A stretch of 32,000 nucleotides of DNA from Segnochrobactrum spirostomi (GTDB lineage Bacteria; Pseudomonadota; Alphaproteobacteria; Rhizobiales; Segnochrobactraceae). A model generated the notes under the pieces. That model searched no databases, had not been told where the DNA came from, and saw nothing but the letters and a program-made list of their open reading frames with translations. The DNA lies in NCBI RefSeq assembly GCF_009600605.1, contig NZ_VWNA01000001.1:1434490-1466489 (forward strand), read 5' to 3'. The position numbers and the translations under genes were made by a program. This document shows positions 16,986-25,942 of this stretch, piece by piece (within the stretch, counting starts at the first letter, position 1; every line of letters starts with the position of its first letter).

Positions 16986-17687
16986 TCACGCCGCCGGAAT
17001 GGTCGGCCGCAGGCAATGGATGGCGTAGCGGACCCGGCCGCCGGTAAAGCTGCCGGTCGTGGCACTGAGGCGCACCGGCGTTGGGGCATAGAAGGCCGTC
17101 GGTCCGATCACCCCGGCATTGGTCGAACCGGCCGCGGCACCGAGGCCGCCACCGAACTTGGCGGGCTCGCCGGCGATGCCGCAATCGTAGGCCGGCGCGC
17201 CGGTGACGGCGGTGAGGGTGCGCGTCGTCACAGCGAGCACGATCGCCCGCTCGGGGATCAGGGCCCCGCCGTCCGTCGCATCGCCGAGGAGGTCGACGTC
17301 GCCCTCGATCACCTGATGGAGCGTCGCCGCGCCGTGGGGCGAGACCGCGAGCGCCGTCACCCAGTCCTCCCCGTGGCGGACGGCGATCCGTCCCTCGTCG
17401 GCGATGAAGGCGATCATGCCGTCCCCGGCCGGCAGGAAGACCCAGTCGCCGCCGCTCCGCAAGGCGAGCTGCCCCGCCGCGCCGCTCCACGCCCCTCCGG
17501 CCCCGCTCGGCACGCCATAGAGGTCACCCTCGGCCGCGCTCGGCGGTGCACCGAGGCTCACGCTCGCGATGCGCGGCTGGGTGAGGGCATCGAGCCGCAG
17601 CAGCGCCTCGTTCACCGTGACGTGCTTCTGCGCCTGCGCCGCCGCGACGAGCGGCAGTCCGAGGCGGATCGTCGTCTCTTCAGCCAT
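16986..17687 (-). CDS. DUF2793-domain protein (candidate tail-fibre or baseplate-attached protein)
   Basis: Track ORF 16986..18023 is trimmed to ATG 17687 (MAEETTIRLGLPLVAAAQAQKHVTVNEALLRLDAL, the characteristic DUF2793 N-terminus). The start overlaps the g15 stop by 8 nt (ATGGCTGA). 233 aa. Confidence 0.7.
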   Translation of the reverse strand: MAEETTIRLGLPLVAAAQAQKHVTVNEALLRLDALTQPRIASVSLGAPPSAAEGDLYGVPSGAGGAWSGAAGQLALRSGGDWVFLPAGDGMIAFIADEGRIAVRHGEDWVTALAVSPHGAATLHQVIEGDVDLLGDATDGGALIPERAIVLAVTTRTLTAVTGAPAYDCGIAGEPAKFGGGLGAAAGSTNAGVIGPTAFYAPTPVRLSATTGSFTGGRVRYAIHCLRPTIPAA

Positions 17688-20600
17688 CGATTCCGATCTC
17701 CCGGGCGGTCCCCGCCCCGTAGCCTGCCGCGATCTGGGCGACGCGAACGACGGCGCCGGCGGGCGGCGCGCCGCCGAAATCCGCTGCCGCTTCGGCCGCG
17801 GCGTAGCGCCAGCGCGGTTCGGCGACGTCGAGCCGCCGTACGACGGCGTCGCCCACCACGACCTCGATGCGGTAAAGCTCGCTCTCCTCGCCGAGCGGCA
17901 CCGTCTCGGCGCTCCAATCGTCGCCACCGAGCCGCGTCCGCCGGATCCAGGTGAACACCCTGTCACCGCCGTCCCGCCGCATCCGCAGATGCACGGGGCT
18001 GAACGGCCTGAGCCCACGCCCACGCGTGGCGCCCTCGACGGCGGTCGCCGTCTCGTCGGCGATGTCGGTTCCGGGGCGCACGATGCGGTGGAACAAGTCC
18101 CGCCCGATCTCCGCCCGCGTCAGCGGCAGCGGCACCAACGCGGCATCGAGCAGCACCGCGGGTGCGCCCGCCGGATGGCCGGCAATCATCGCCTCCTCGG
18201 TGCCGAGTTGCGCCCGCAACAGACCCGAAAGCTCATAGAGTTCGGCGCCGACGAGCGTCGCGGTGCAGAACTGGACGATCTCCCAGAGCCCCGACGCCGA
18301 GCGGACCGCCAGCGCATTGCCGCCCGCGAGCACCGCCGCCTCGGCAAGGCTCGCGAAGGGCGACGGACTCTCGATCCGGACACGGCTCGCCCGGTCCCAC
18401 CGGTCGATCGGTCCGGGGCCGAGCGGGGCCGTGAGGGAGCCCATCGCCGCCGCCCGCTCGATCGTCGCGACCCGCTCGAATCCGTCGCCGGTCGCCGACC
18501 GCATCACCGCATAGGGACCACCCCAGGGCTCGGCGGACGCGGCGATCCAGGGCCTCAGCGCCGCGACATCCTCGTTGATCGGCGGCAGGTCGAGGATTTC
18601 GACGAGCGGCGGGCCGGGCGCGGCCAGCGTCGGCAGGGTCGCCACGCCGATCCCGCTCGCCGCCGTGCGGAACACGGAGCGGTCGAGGAGGCGCGCGTTC
18701 ACCTTGCGCGTGCCGTCGTCCTCCACCTGCTCGATCAGCAGCGTCCGCACGGCGCCCCGCGCGGCGAGCGTCACCACATCGCCCGGCTCGAGGGCGAGAC
18801 GGGAGGGGCCGAGCGCGAAGGCGAGCCGCTCCCGCGCGGTCCAGCGATCGTGCAGGGCCGCCTCCGCGGCGCGCTGCATCGTGTCGGCCGACGCGGCGAC
18901 GGCGAGGTCGAGGCTCTCGATCCGCCGCGTCGCCCCCTCGAGCCGCCGCGAGGCCGTGCTGGTCGCCCGGTGGTCGCGCCCGCTGTCGAGGAAATCGATC
19001 CGCAGTTCCCGCGGCAGCTCGGAATCCTGTGTCCGCGTGATCGACAGGCTCGGCTCGCGCCCGTTCGCGTCTTCGACCAGATCGTCCGCGCCGAGGGCGG
19101 CGTCCGGCAGCCGGTCGAGCGATCGGAAACGAAGCCGATCTCCCGCATCCGCCACCGTGAAGCCGAAGGCCGTAGCGAGCGGCGCGATCGCGTCGCGTGC
19201 CGACATCGGCCGGTCGATCACGTAGCCGTCGATCACGGTGTCGAGCCCATCGATGACGAAATCCGTGAAGCCGCGGTCGGCGGCGATCGCCCGCACCAGG
19301 CCGGCGAGGGTCGTGCCGCCGAGGCGGCCGGTCAGCCAGTGGCCGCGCTCCCAGTTGCCGCCGTCCGCCCACAGCGCACCGAGCCGCGGAAAGGCGGGCC
19401 AGGGCCGCGCGTCCCAGGTCCAGAGATGAATGTCCGACGGGTCGATCATCCGGCCGCCGGCACCGGCGGCGGGGTTGGCGGTGCCGTCGAACCGCGGCGA
19501 GGCCGGATCGAGAGCGCCGATCAGGGCTTCGAGATAGCGCCGCTGGATGGCGTCGTCCCGCGCTCCGTTGGAGAAATAGGGCGCGAAGGATTCGGCGGAC
19601 TTCGGGTCGATGAAGACGTTCGGCTGGTTGGCGCCGCGGTCGATCGCGGGGCATCCCGCCTCGGTCAACCGGATCGGCTTCATCTGCGGCCGCCACGGGG
19701 TCGGCCCGGCATTCTCGACACCCCCGATGCGATCGACGTGAAGGTTCGACCACCACGCCGCCACGTCCTTGTAGCGGAAGGTCCAGGGCTTGCCGTAGGC
19801 TCCGTCGGCAATCGGCGTGCGCACGCCCGCCACGCGGTCGGCGACGCTCGCATAGAACCAATCGTAACCCTCGCCGCCGGCGACGTTGCCGGCGAGATGA
19901 TCGAGATCGTAGGTCGAAGGCGCGCGCGCCGCGTCGCCGCCCGCGCCGTCGCGCCAATCAGCGAGCGGCCAATAGGCGTCGATGCCGACGAAGTCGACAT
20001 CGGGGCTCGCCCACAGCGGATCGAGGTGGAACAGGACGTCGCCGCTGCCGTCCTGCGGATGATGGCCGAAATATTCGCTCCAATCGGCGCCATACCCGAT
20101 CGCGGTGCCCGGGCCGAGGATCGAACGGACGTCGGCCGCGAGCGCCATCAGCGCCTGGACGAAAGGGAACTCCGCCCGACCCGACCGCGCCGTCGTCAGC
20201 CCGCGCATCTCCGCGCCGATCAGGAACGCATCAACCCCGCCCGCGGCGACCGCGAGATGGGCATAATGGAGGATGAGGCGCCGATAGCTCCAATCGGTCG
20301 GCGACCCGGTGAACGCCACCTGCCCGCCAGAGACCCGGAAGGCGCTCGTCCGCGTCGTGCCGACGAAGGTCGCGATCTCGGCCGCCGCCGCGGCCGTCCG
20401 ATCGGTGCTGCCGGACCGTCCCGGCGCCGTCGCGAGCGTGATCCGCCCGCGCCACGGAAAGGCCGCCTGCCGCGCGCCGCCATAGGGGTCCGGCAGGTCG
20501 TTGTCGGCCGGCACATCCATCATGATGAAGGGATAGAGCGTCACTCGGAGACCGCGGGCTTTGATCGCCTTGATGCCCGCGATCACGCTCGAGTCCGCAG

Positions 20601-21573
20601 GCGTGCCGCCATAATTCGAGGCCCCGTCGGTGCGCGACACCTCCTCGGCATCGCTGCGCTCGACGCCGGAGACGATCCACGGCCGCGTGCGCGTCACCCG
20701 AGTCCGGCTTTCCACCTTCGGCTTCAGCCGGCAATGCCCGGCCCTGAGATCGTCGCCGAACCAGGCCGTCACCAAGGCGACCTTTTCGAGGTTCGGGCAG
20801 AGCGATTGCAAGTCGTCGAGCGAGCTTTCGAGATCGCTGTGCCCGGTCGCGATGTGGCGGTTGAGCAGCGACCCGCCGCCGAAGCGGGCGCGCTCGCGCA
20901 CCGGTACGGTCTCGTAGCCATATTCGGTGGCGCCGGGGATCAGCGTCACGGCGCGGATCATCGGCTCCAGCGCGTCGACGACGCGGATCACCTCGAACGA
21001 GAGCTGCGGCAGGCGGTTGCCGTAGGCTTCGAGCGGCAGCCGCTCGAACACGATATAGGCGGTGCCGCGAAAGGCCGGCGCTGCGCCCTCCTTCGCCGCG
21101 ATCAGGGGATCGCCCGCCTGATCCTCGGACCCCCGATGCACCCGGAGCGTCACCCGGGTCAGATCGAGCGGCTCGCCGTCGGCCCAGATCCGCGCGACAC
21201 GGTGAATGGGCCCGTCGCAGAGGGCGACGGCGAAATCGGCAAAATAGGAATAGCTCGTCGCCGTCGTGCCGGAGCCGCCGCCCTTGCCGCCGACGCTCTC
21301 GCGGCTCGCGACCTCCTCGAACGGCCTCGCCCAGATGACGGTACCGGCGAGCCGCGCCCGGCCGTAGACCCGGGGCAGCGGCGTACCCTCAGCGCCGCCC
21401 TGGAAGGCGACGCTGTCGAGCCGTGGGCCCTCGACGCTGCGCCCCGTCCCGAACAGGCTCTGGTCGACAACAGAGCCGCCGAGCGCCCCGAGGGCGCCGC
21501 CGACGAGGGCGCCGACCGGCCCGAGCAGGCCGCCCAGCGCCGTGCCGGCCGCCTGCAACACCAATGTCGCCAT
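17680..21573 (-). CDS. GTA g15 homologue: large baseplate / host-specificity multidomain protein (GTA TIM-barrel-like domain plus phage-tail domain)
   Basis: 1297 aa. N-terminus MATLVLQAAGTALGGLLGPVGALVGGALGALGGSVVDQSLFG...EGPRLDSVAFQGGAEGTPLPRVYGRARLAGTVIWA is the typical g15 opening. Its size and position after the NlpC/P60 gene match RcGTA g15. Confidence 0.9.
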   Translation of the reverse strand: MATLVLQAAGTALGGLLGPVGALVGGALGALGGSVVDQSLFGTGRSVEGPRLDSVAFQGGAEGTPLPRVYGRARLAGTVIWARPFEEVASRESVGGKGGGSGTTATSYSYFADFAVALCDGPIHRVARIWADGEPLDLTRVTLRVHRGSEDQAGDPLIAAKEGAAPAFRGTAYIVFERLPLEAYGNRLPQLSFEVIRVVDALEPMIRAVTLIPGATEYGYETVPVRERARFGGGSLLNRHIATGHSDLESSLDDLQSLCPNLEKVALVTAWFGDDLRAGHCRLKPKVESRTRVTRTRPWIVSGVERSDAEEVSRTDGASNYGGTPADSSVIAGIKAIKARGLRVTLYPFIMMDVPADNDLPDPYGGARQAAFPWRGRITLATAPGRSGSTDRTAAAAAEIATFVGTTRTSAFRVSGGQVAFTGSPTDWSYRRLILHYAHLAVAAGGVDAFLIGAEMRGLTTARSGRAEFPFVQALMALAADVRSILGPGTAIGYGADWSEYFGHHPQDGSGDVLFHLDPLWASPDVDFVGIDAYWPLADWRDGAGGDAARAPSTYDLDHLAGNVAGGEGYDWFYASVADRVAGVRTPIADGAYGKPWTFRYKDVAAWWSNLHVDRIGGVENAGPTPWRPQMKPIRLTEAGCPAIDRGANQPNVFIDPKSAESFAPYFSNGARDDAIQRRYLEALIGALDPASPRFDGTANPAAGAGGRMIDPSDIHLWTWDARPWPAFPRLGALWADGGNWERGHWLTGRLGGTTLAGLVRAIAADRGFTDFVIDGLDTVIDGYVIDRPMSARDAIAPLATAFGFTVADAGDRLRFRSLDRLPDAALGADDLVEDANGREPSLSITRTQDSELPRELRIDFLDSGRDHRATSTASRRLEGATRRIESLDLAVAASADTMQRAAEAALHDRWTARERLAFALGPSRLALEPGDVVTLAARGAVRTLLIEQVEDDGTRKVNARLLDRSVFRTAASGIGVATLPTLAAPGPPLVEILDLPPINEDVAALRPWIAASAEPWGGPYAVMRSATGDGFERVATIERAAAMGSLTAPLGPGPIDRWDRASRVRIESPSPFASLAEAAVLAGGNALAVRSASGLWEIVQFCTATLVGAELYELSGLLRAQLGTEEAMIAGHPAGAPAVLLDAALVPLPLTRAEIGRDLFHRIVRPGTDIADETATAVEGATRGRGLRPFSPVHLRMRRDGGDRVFTWIRRTRLGGDDWSAETVPLGEESELYRIEVVVGDAVVRRLDVAEPRWRYAAAEAAADFGGAPPAGAVVRVAQIAAGYGAGTAREIGIDG

Positions 21574-21585
21574 GGCGTGCGTCCC

Positions 21586-22017
21586 TTACGTGTCGATCCC
21601 GGGAAAGGCGAAGGCATAGGCGATCCGGCGTCGCCACCACGGCCCGAGCGCGACCTCGACGACGCCGATCCGCTCGGTCGCGTGGACCATGCGATCGGCC
21701 GTGACGAGGAGGCCGGCGTGCTTCGCCGGCAGCCCCTCCCGAAAGCGATAGAGCACCACGTCGCCCGGCTGCGCGGCCTCGATCGGCACCGCGATCATGT
21801 GGCGAAGGCCGCCGGCCGCCAGTGTCTCACGCCCGCCCGCCTCCGCCCAATCCGGGCTGTAGGCCGGGACCGCCTCCGGCTCCGGCCCGATCAGGTCCCG
21901 CCACAGCCCGCGGACGAGCCCGAGACAATCGGCACCGACGCCCTTCAGCGAGGCCTGATGACGATAGGGCGTGCCGATCCAGCCGCGGGCCGCCGCCACG
22001 ATCTCGTCGCGCGTCAT
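21586..22017 (-). CDS. GTA g14 homologue: NlpC/P60-family cell-wall peptidase
   Basis: 143 aa. WIGTPYRHQASLKGVGADCLGLVRGLW contains the catalytic Cys context; a downstream His is present (KHAGLLV...MVHA). Confidence 0.9.
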   Translation of the reverse strand: MTRDEIVAAARGWIGTPYRHQASLKGVGADCLGLVRGLWRDLIGPEPEAVPAYSPDWAEAGGRETLAAGGLRHMIAVPIEAAQPGDVVLYRFREGLPAKHAGLLVTADRMVHATERIGVVEVALGPWWRRRIAYAFAFPGIDT

Positions 22018-22044
22018 CGCCGTTGACCCTCGATCCGTCGTCCG

Positions 22045-22905
22045 TCAGAGGAGGCCGCTGCCGCTCGAGCCGCCCCGGGCGAACAGGGTGAAGTCGTTGC
22101 CCGGCACGAACGGGAAGCCGCGGAAATTGTCGCCGTCGGCGAATTTCGCCCGGCATGTCGCGAAGGTCTTGTCGCAGCCGGGCGTGACCCGCACCACGTC
22201 GCCCGTCGCAACGGCGCGGGCCGGCACCCGCCAAAGATCGAGAACGCCGCCGGCCGCATGCGCACGGATCTCGCTCGCCTGCCCCGCGTTCACCCCGCTC
22301 GCGAAGACGAGCCGGCCCGCGGTGAACCACCCCCCGGCGTGGGTCAGGCCCACGCACCGGAGCCGGTTCGCCCCTTCGACGGCCGTCACCGCCACCGTGA
22401 CCCGATGGGCATCGAGCGCGACCCCGCAGCGCCGGTCGCCGAGATCGGCGTCGCAGCGCGGCGCGATCACCCGCCCCATCGTCTCGTCGAGGGCCTGAGC
22501 GAGACCGCGCACCTCGGCGCGGAAGGCGCCGTCCGCCTGGGTGACTTCGCCGAGCGTGCCGACCCGAAGCCGCACCCGGTCCGCGACCGAGGTCCAGTCG
22601 ACCGCCCACAGCTCGACCCGCGCACCGTCATAGAGCCCCGCCGCGAGGTCGCCCTCGTCGAGGCTCGCGGCGGAGAGGGCGCCCGCGATGTCGAGCCCAC
22701 CCGTGGCGAAGCCGGACCCGGCCGCGTCGGCACTCGCGGAGAAGCCGCCGGCCGGATCGAAGCGCGTCCCGTCGAAGACGACGCTTTCGTCGTGATCGGT
22801 GAAGCCTCGCCGGGTACCGTCGGCGCGGACGATCAGCCAGCACCGGCAGAGCCGCGTCGCGCCCTCGGCGAGCCGCGCCGCGAGCCCGTCCGTCAGTGAT
22901 TTCAT
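22045..22905 (-). CDS. GTA g13 homologue: DUF2163 / BR0599-type baseplate hub protein
   Basis: Track ORF 22045..22974 trimmed to ATG 22905. MKSLTDGLAARLAEGATRLCRCWLIVRADGTRRGFTDHDESVVFDGTRFDPAGGF is the typical family N-terminus. The C-terminal ...CDKTFATCRAKFADGDNFRGFPFVPG motif is typical of the BR0599 C-terminus. 286 aa. Confidence 0.85.
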   Translation of the reverse strand: MKSLTDGLAARLAEGATRLCRCWLIVRADGTRRGFTDHDESVVFDGTRFDPAGGFSASADAAGSGFATGGLDIAGALSAASLDEGDLAAGLYDGARVELWAVDWTSVADRVRLRVGTLGEVTQADGAFRAEVRGLAQALDETMGRVIAPRCDADLGDRRCGVALDAHRVTVAVTAVEGANRLRCVGLTHAGGWFTAGRLVFASGVNAGQASEIRAHAAGGVLDLWRVPARAVATGDVVRVTPGCDKTFATCRAKFADGDNFRGFPFVPGNDFTLFARGGSSGSGLL

Positions 22906-22924
22906 GGCACCCGCCCTCGCCAAA

Positions 22925-23563
22925 CTAAGGTCTGATCTCCACCAGCGGCACGGAGGGGATCGCCCCCGCCGCAAAGGCCGAGAAGCTGATGTCGAGGCTG
23001 TCGGTGTCGAACCGCACCGGGCAATCGAAGCGGAAACCGGCGGTGATCGTCGCGCCGGGCGGCGGAACCGCGTCGGCGGCGAAGGTGACGATCCCGCTCG
23101 CCGCGTCGAGCGACCAGCGCGCCGCCGGCACCTCGGCCCCGTTCACCGCGACCCGCACCGTTCCGGCCACCGGCTTGAAGATGGTCCGCACATAAGGCGC
23201 GTCGGTCCCGTAGCGCTTGACGAGCTGGAAGCCGACCGTCGCCCCGTCGCCAAGCCCGATCCCCTGGTCCGTCGGTTCCGGCGCCGCGCTCGGCCGGCAC
23301 GACTGTTCGTCGCCGGGATCGCGGAAGCGGAAGCCGATCAGCCGTCCCCGCCGCTCCTCGAAGAAGGCGATGAGGACGGCGAGGTCGTCGAGGGTGCGCA
23401 CGCCGTAGCCGGCATTGAAGCGCCGGCGCGAGTGGACCCAGCGCGCATTGCGCTCCTCCCGCCCCGAGCCGAGCGTCACGATCTCGGTCCTGCGCTCCGG
23501 CCCGCCGGTCGCGCCGAGCGCGATGTCGACGGGAAAGCGAACCTCGTGGAAGGACGCGCTCAT
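22925..23563 (-). CDS. GTA g12 homologue: DUF2460 distal tail protein
   Basis: 212 aa; ATG preceded by GAGGAG. MSASFHEVRFPVDIALGATGGPERRTEIVTLGSGREERNARW matches the DUF2460 opening. Confidence 0.85.
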   Translation of the reverse strand: MSASFHEVRFPVDIALGATGGPERRTEIVTLGSGREERNARWVHSRRRFNAGYGVRTLDDLAVLIAFFEERRGRLIGFRFRDPGDEQSCRPSAAPEPTDQGIGLGDGATVGFQLVKRYGTDAPYVRTIFKPVAGTVRVAVNGAEVPAARWSLDAASGIVTFAADAVPPPGATITAGFRFDCPVRFDTDSLDISFSAFAAGAIPSVPLVEIRP

Positions 23564-23572
23564 GGAAGCTCC

Positions 23573-24172
23573 TCACAAGCCCCGCCGGCCGCGGGCGACC
23601 GTGCGGGCGATCAGGGCCGAGAGCTGCGCCTCGGAGCGGCGGAAGCTGTCGGCATCCGGCGTCGAGACGTTGAAGACGACCGAGAGCGCACCGCCGTCGC
23701 CGCCCGCCTTCACGCCGAGCCGGCCGTCGGCGCCGCGGGCGAGCGGCAGGATCGCCTCCGCGCCCGCCTCGCCGGCGACGCCGAGACCGCGTTCGAGCGG
23801 GAAGAAAGTCGGCGCCGCAACCACCCCACCGGCCGCGAACGGCCGCACCCGGCCGATGTTCACCGCCGCCCCAAGCCGCGCCGCGAGGAGCGAGCCGCCG
23901 GCGGCGCGGCCGAGGCCACCGAGGGCGGAGAGGCCTTGCGTCATCAGCGTTTCGAGCGGCGCGAAGGCCTTGTCGACGAGGCGCGAGGAAATCCTGAGCG
24001 CCGCGCTCGCGAGCACGCCGTCGAGCTGGCGGCCGGCGCCGACCGCGGATTTGAGCCCGCGTACCAGATCGCCCGAAAAGCCGCGGGCGAGGCCGCCGAT
24101 CCGTTCGAAGGTGCGCTCCAGCGCCCGCCCGCTGTCGGCGAGCCCGGTCACGTCGCTCTCGGTCTGCTCCAT
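23573..24172 (-). CDS. GTA g11 homologue: short tail tape measure protein
   Basis: 199 aa, Ala/Gly/Leu-rich and helical. Sits between the chaperone-like ORFs and the distal tail protein. The short length is typical of RcGTA-type clusters. Confidence 0.72.
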   Translation of the reverse strand: MEQTESDVTGLADSGRALERTFERIGGLARGFSGDLVRGLKSAVGAGRQLDGVLASAALRISSRLVDKAFAPLETLMTQGLSALGGLGRAAGGSLLAARLGAAVNIGRVRPFAAGGVVAAPTFFPLERGLGVAGEAGAEAILPLARGADGRLGVKAGGDGGALSVVFNVSTPDADSFRRSEAQLSALIARTVARGRRGL

Positions 24173-24205
24173 GGCGATCCCACCTCCGCGTCGATCGAAG
24201 CCCGC

Positions 24206-24403
24206 TCAGGTCGAGCGATCCGGAAAGCGGGCCATCAGGGTGTCGAGGGCGCGGCGGTCCGGCCCCGCCGTCCGGCGCGGGGCGAGCACCGCCGCGAGCT
24301 CCCGCGGCGTCATCCGCCAGAATGCCTCCGGCGCGAGCTTGAGCACGCCGAGGCCGAAGGCGATCAGGTCGTCCCAGGGCATCGCCGCGGGCGGTCGGGT
24401 CAC
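24206..24403 (-). CDS. GTA g10.1 homologue (Rcc01693-family small tail-assembly protein)
   Basis: 65 aa. GTG 24403..24401 overlaps the g10 stop (GTGA). MPWDDLIAFGLGVLKLAPEAFWRMTPRELAAVL is the characteristic motif. Confidence 0.7.
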   Translation of the reverse strand: MTRPPAAMPWDDLIAFGLGVLKLAPEAFWRMTPRELAAVLAPRRTAGPDRRALDTLMARFPDRST

Positions 24404-24747
24404 GCCCGCGGCCGCCGAGGGTTTTCGCCGCCGTCCTCCGCCCCACCGAAGGCGGCGGCGAGCAATGCGGTCGCGATCGCGGCAAACCCCGCCACGCCGT
24501 CGGCGCAGCCCATCCGCGCGACCTCCTCGTCGGCGATCGGGTGGCCCGCCCCGCGTAAGCCCGCGCCGAGAATGCGCACGAGGTCCGCGGCGGCGAGGCG
24601 GCCGGTCCCGAAGCGCTCCGCGAGCGCCACCAGATCGTCCGCCGCGAAGGCCGCTTCGAGCTCGGCGAGCGCACCGAGGGTCAGGCAGAGCGTGAAGGGG
24701 CGTCCGTCGAGCACCGCCTCGATCTCCCCGCGTCGTCGGTTCGCCAT
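24400..24747 (-). CDS. GTA g10 homologue (tail assembly chaperone-like gene transfer agent family protein)
   Basis: 115 aa. MANRRRGEIEAVLDGRPFTLCLTLGALAELEAAF... Sits immediately after the tube protein gene. Confidence 0.75.
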   Translation of the reverse strand: MANRRRGEIEAVLDGRPFTLCLTLGALAELEAAFAADDLVALAERFGTGRLAAADLVRILGAGLRGAGHPIADEEVARMGCADGVAGFAAIATALLAAAFGGAEDGGENPRRPRA

Positions 24748-24751
24748 CGGC

Positions 24752-25165
24752 TCACACCTCGCTGAAGGAGAGCGCCCCGGCGGATTCGAGGGCGAGGTCG
24801 AACGTCACCTCGCCGTCGTGCTCCCCGCCATATTCGAGCGCGGTAATCTCGAACGGCCCGGAAACGATGCCGAAATCGGGGATCGCGACCTGCCAGGTGC
24901 GCAGAACGTCGCCGAAGAAGAGCCCGCGCAGGGTCGCGTCGGAGGCAGCGTCGCGGAAGAGGCCGCTGCCGGAGATCGAGGCGCGCCGCACGCCCGCACC
25001 GGCGAGGAGTTCCCGCCAGCGTCCGGCCGAATCCGCATCCGTCGCATCGACCGGCTCGGCGTTGAAGGCGAGCTTGCGTGCCCGCAGGCCGGCGACGGTC
25101 GTGAAGGTGCCGTCGCCGGCCGCGTCGACCTTGAGGAGCAGGTCGCGGCCTTTCTGTGCGCCCAT
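24752..25165 (-). CDS. GTA g9 homologue: major tail (tube) protein, TP901-1 type
   Basis: 137 aa. GRDLLLKVDAAGDGTFTTVAGLRARKLAFNAEPVDATDADS...W is the typical motif pattern of this family. Confidence 0.88.
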   Translation of the reverse strand: MGAQKGRDLLLKVDAAGDGTFTTVAGLRARKLAFNAEPVDATDADSAGRWRELLAGAGVRRASISGSGLFRDAASDATLRGLFFGDVLRTWQVAIPDFGIVSGPFEITALEYGGEHDGEVTFDLALESAGALSFSEV

Positions 25166-25202
25166 CGTCGTGTCCCTTGCGGATAGTCGTACCGTGAAGA
25201 GG

Positions 25203-25625
25203 TTAGGCGGCCGGCTCGGTCAGCGCCCGGAAGGTCAGGTCCGCTTCGAAGGAGCGCCGATCGCGCCCCTCGGCGCTCGTCCGCTCGACGAGGGTGAGGT
25301 TGACGAGCCGATGGCCGTCGAGCGGCAGGCTCGCCGTGTGCAGCACCGCCTCGATGCGGCCGGCGATCGCCTGCGCCTCCTTGCGCCCTCCGGCACGCGA
25401 ACGCACCGCGAGGGTGAAGACGTGCGCCCGCACCGGCGCCTCGTCGGCATCGAGAACCGTCGTCCGCCAAGACCCGAACGCGACGAAGGGGTGCTCCGCC
25501 CCGCGCACCGGCGCGTCGTAGAGGCGCCCCAGCGGCACCAGCGCACCGAGGTCGGCGTCTGCCGCCAACGCCGCATGAACCGCGGCTTGCAGCGCAAACC
25601 CGGCGTCGATCGCGGCGTCCGTCAT
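25203..25625 (-). CDS. GTA g8 homologue: DUF3168 tail terminator / tail completion protein
   Basis: Track ORF 25203..26009 trimmed to ATG 25625, which overlaps the g7 stop (ATGA). 140 aa, MTDAAIDAGFALQAAVHAALAADADLGALVPLGRLYDAPV... Confidence 0.8.
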   Translation of the reverse strand: MTDAAIDAGFALQAAVHAALAADADLGALVPLGRLYDAPVRGAEHPFVAFGSWRTTVLDADEAPVRAHVFTLAVRSRAGGRKEAQAIAGRIEAVLHTASLPLDGHRLVNLTLVERTSAEGRDRRSFEADLTFRALTEPAA

Positions 25626-25942
25626 CGCCCCTCCTCCTCGGCGAGCCCGGTGCGATAGCCGGCGCCGGGCGCCGGGGCCTCGACCGCGAGCACCCGCAGC
25701 AGCCGCGCGCCCGCCACCAGCCGGTCGCCGCCGCGCACATCGACGGGCCGTCGGACCCGGAAGCGGTGGGTCGCGAGGCCGTCGCGCCGTCCGCCGCTCT
25801 CGCCCTCGGAGAGGCCGAGCGGCTCGAGCGCGGCCCAGGCTCCGCCGATGTCGCGCCAGGTGACGACCGCCCCGCCGCCGCCGTCGGCGCTCGTCTCCGC
25901 CCGCTCGATGCGGACGCGCAGCGCGAGGGTGCCCGCGCTCAT
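25622..25942 (-). CDS. GTA g7 homologue: head closure / head-tail joining protein
   Basis: Track ORF 25622..26041 trimmed to ATG 25942, which overlaps the g6 stop (ATGA). 106 aa with LRVRIERAETSADGGGGAVVTWRDIGGAWAALEPL...THRFRVRRPVDV pattern. Confidence 0.8.
   Translation of the reverse strand: MSAGTLALRVRIERAETSADGGGGAVVTWRDIGGAWAALEPLGLSEGESGGRRDGLATHRFRVRRPVDVRGGDRLVAGARLLRVLAVEAPAPGAGYRTGLAEEEGR

Noticed and set aside
18233-19957. Same-strand alternative-frame ORFs (for example 18233..19957, 7142..9256, 22902..24674, 30131..31351, 574..2721)
   Set aside because: They overlap recognised genes in a shifted frame and are extremely Arg-rich (runs of RRR, RRRR) with no domain signatures. This is a GC-bias artefact rather than overprinted genes.
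17569-22026. 1485-aa plus-strand ORF, with similar giants at 18..2657, 2450..4123, 11535..14039, 14973..16907 and 22799..25186
   Set aside because: Each lies exactly antisense to a well-supported minus-strand gene. They have Arg/Gly/Ala/Pro/Asp-rich low-information composition, no recognisable motifs and no SD. Long stop-free antisense frames are expected in DNA this GC-rich.
24206-24747. Programmed -1 frameshift producing a G/GT-type fused tail chaperone from g10 and g10.1
   Set aside because: g10.1 has its own GTG start overlapping the g10 stop (GTGA), which suffices for coupled reinitiation. I could not identify a convincing slippery heptamer just upstream of the g10 stop. This is not testable further by eye.
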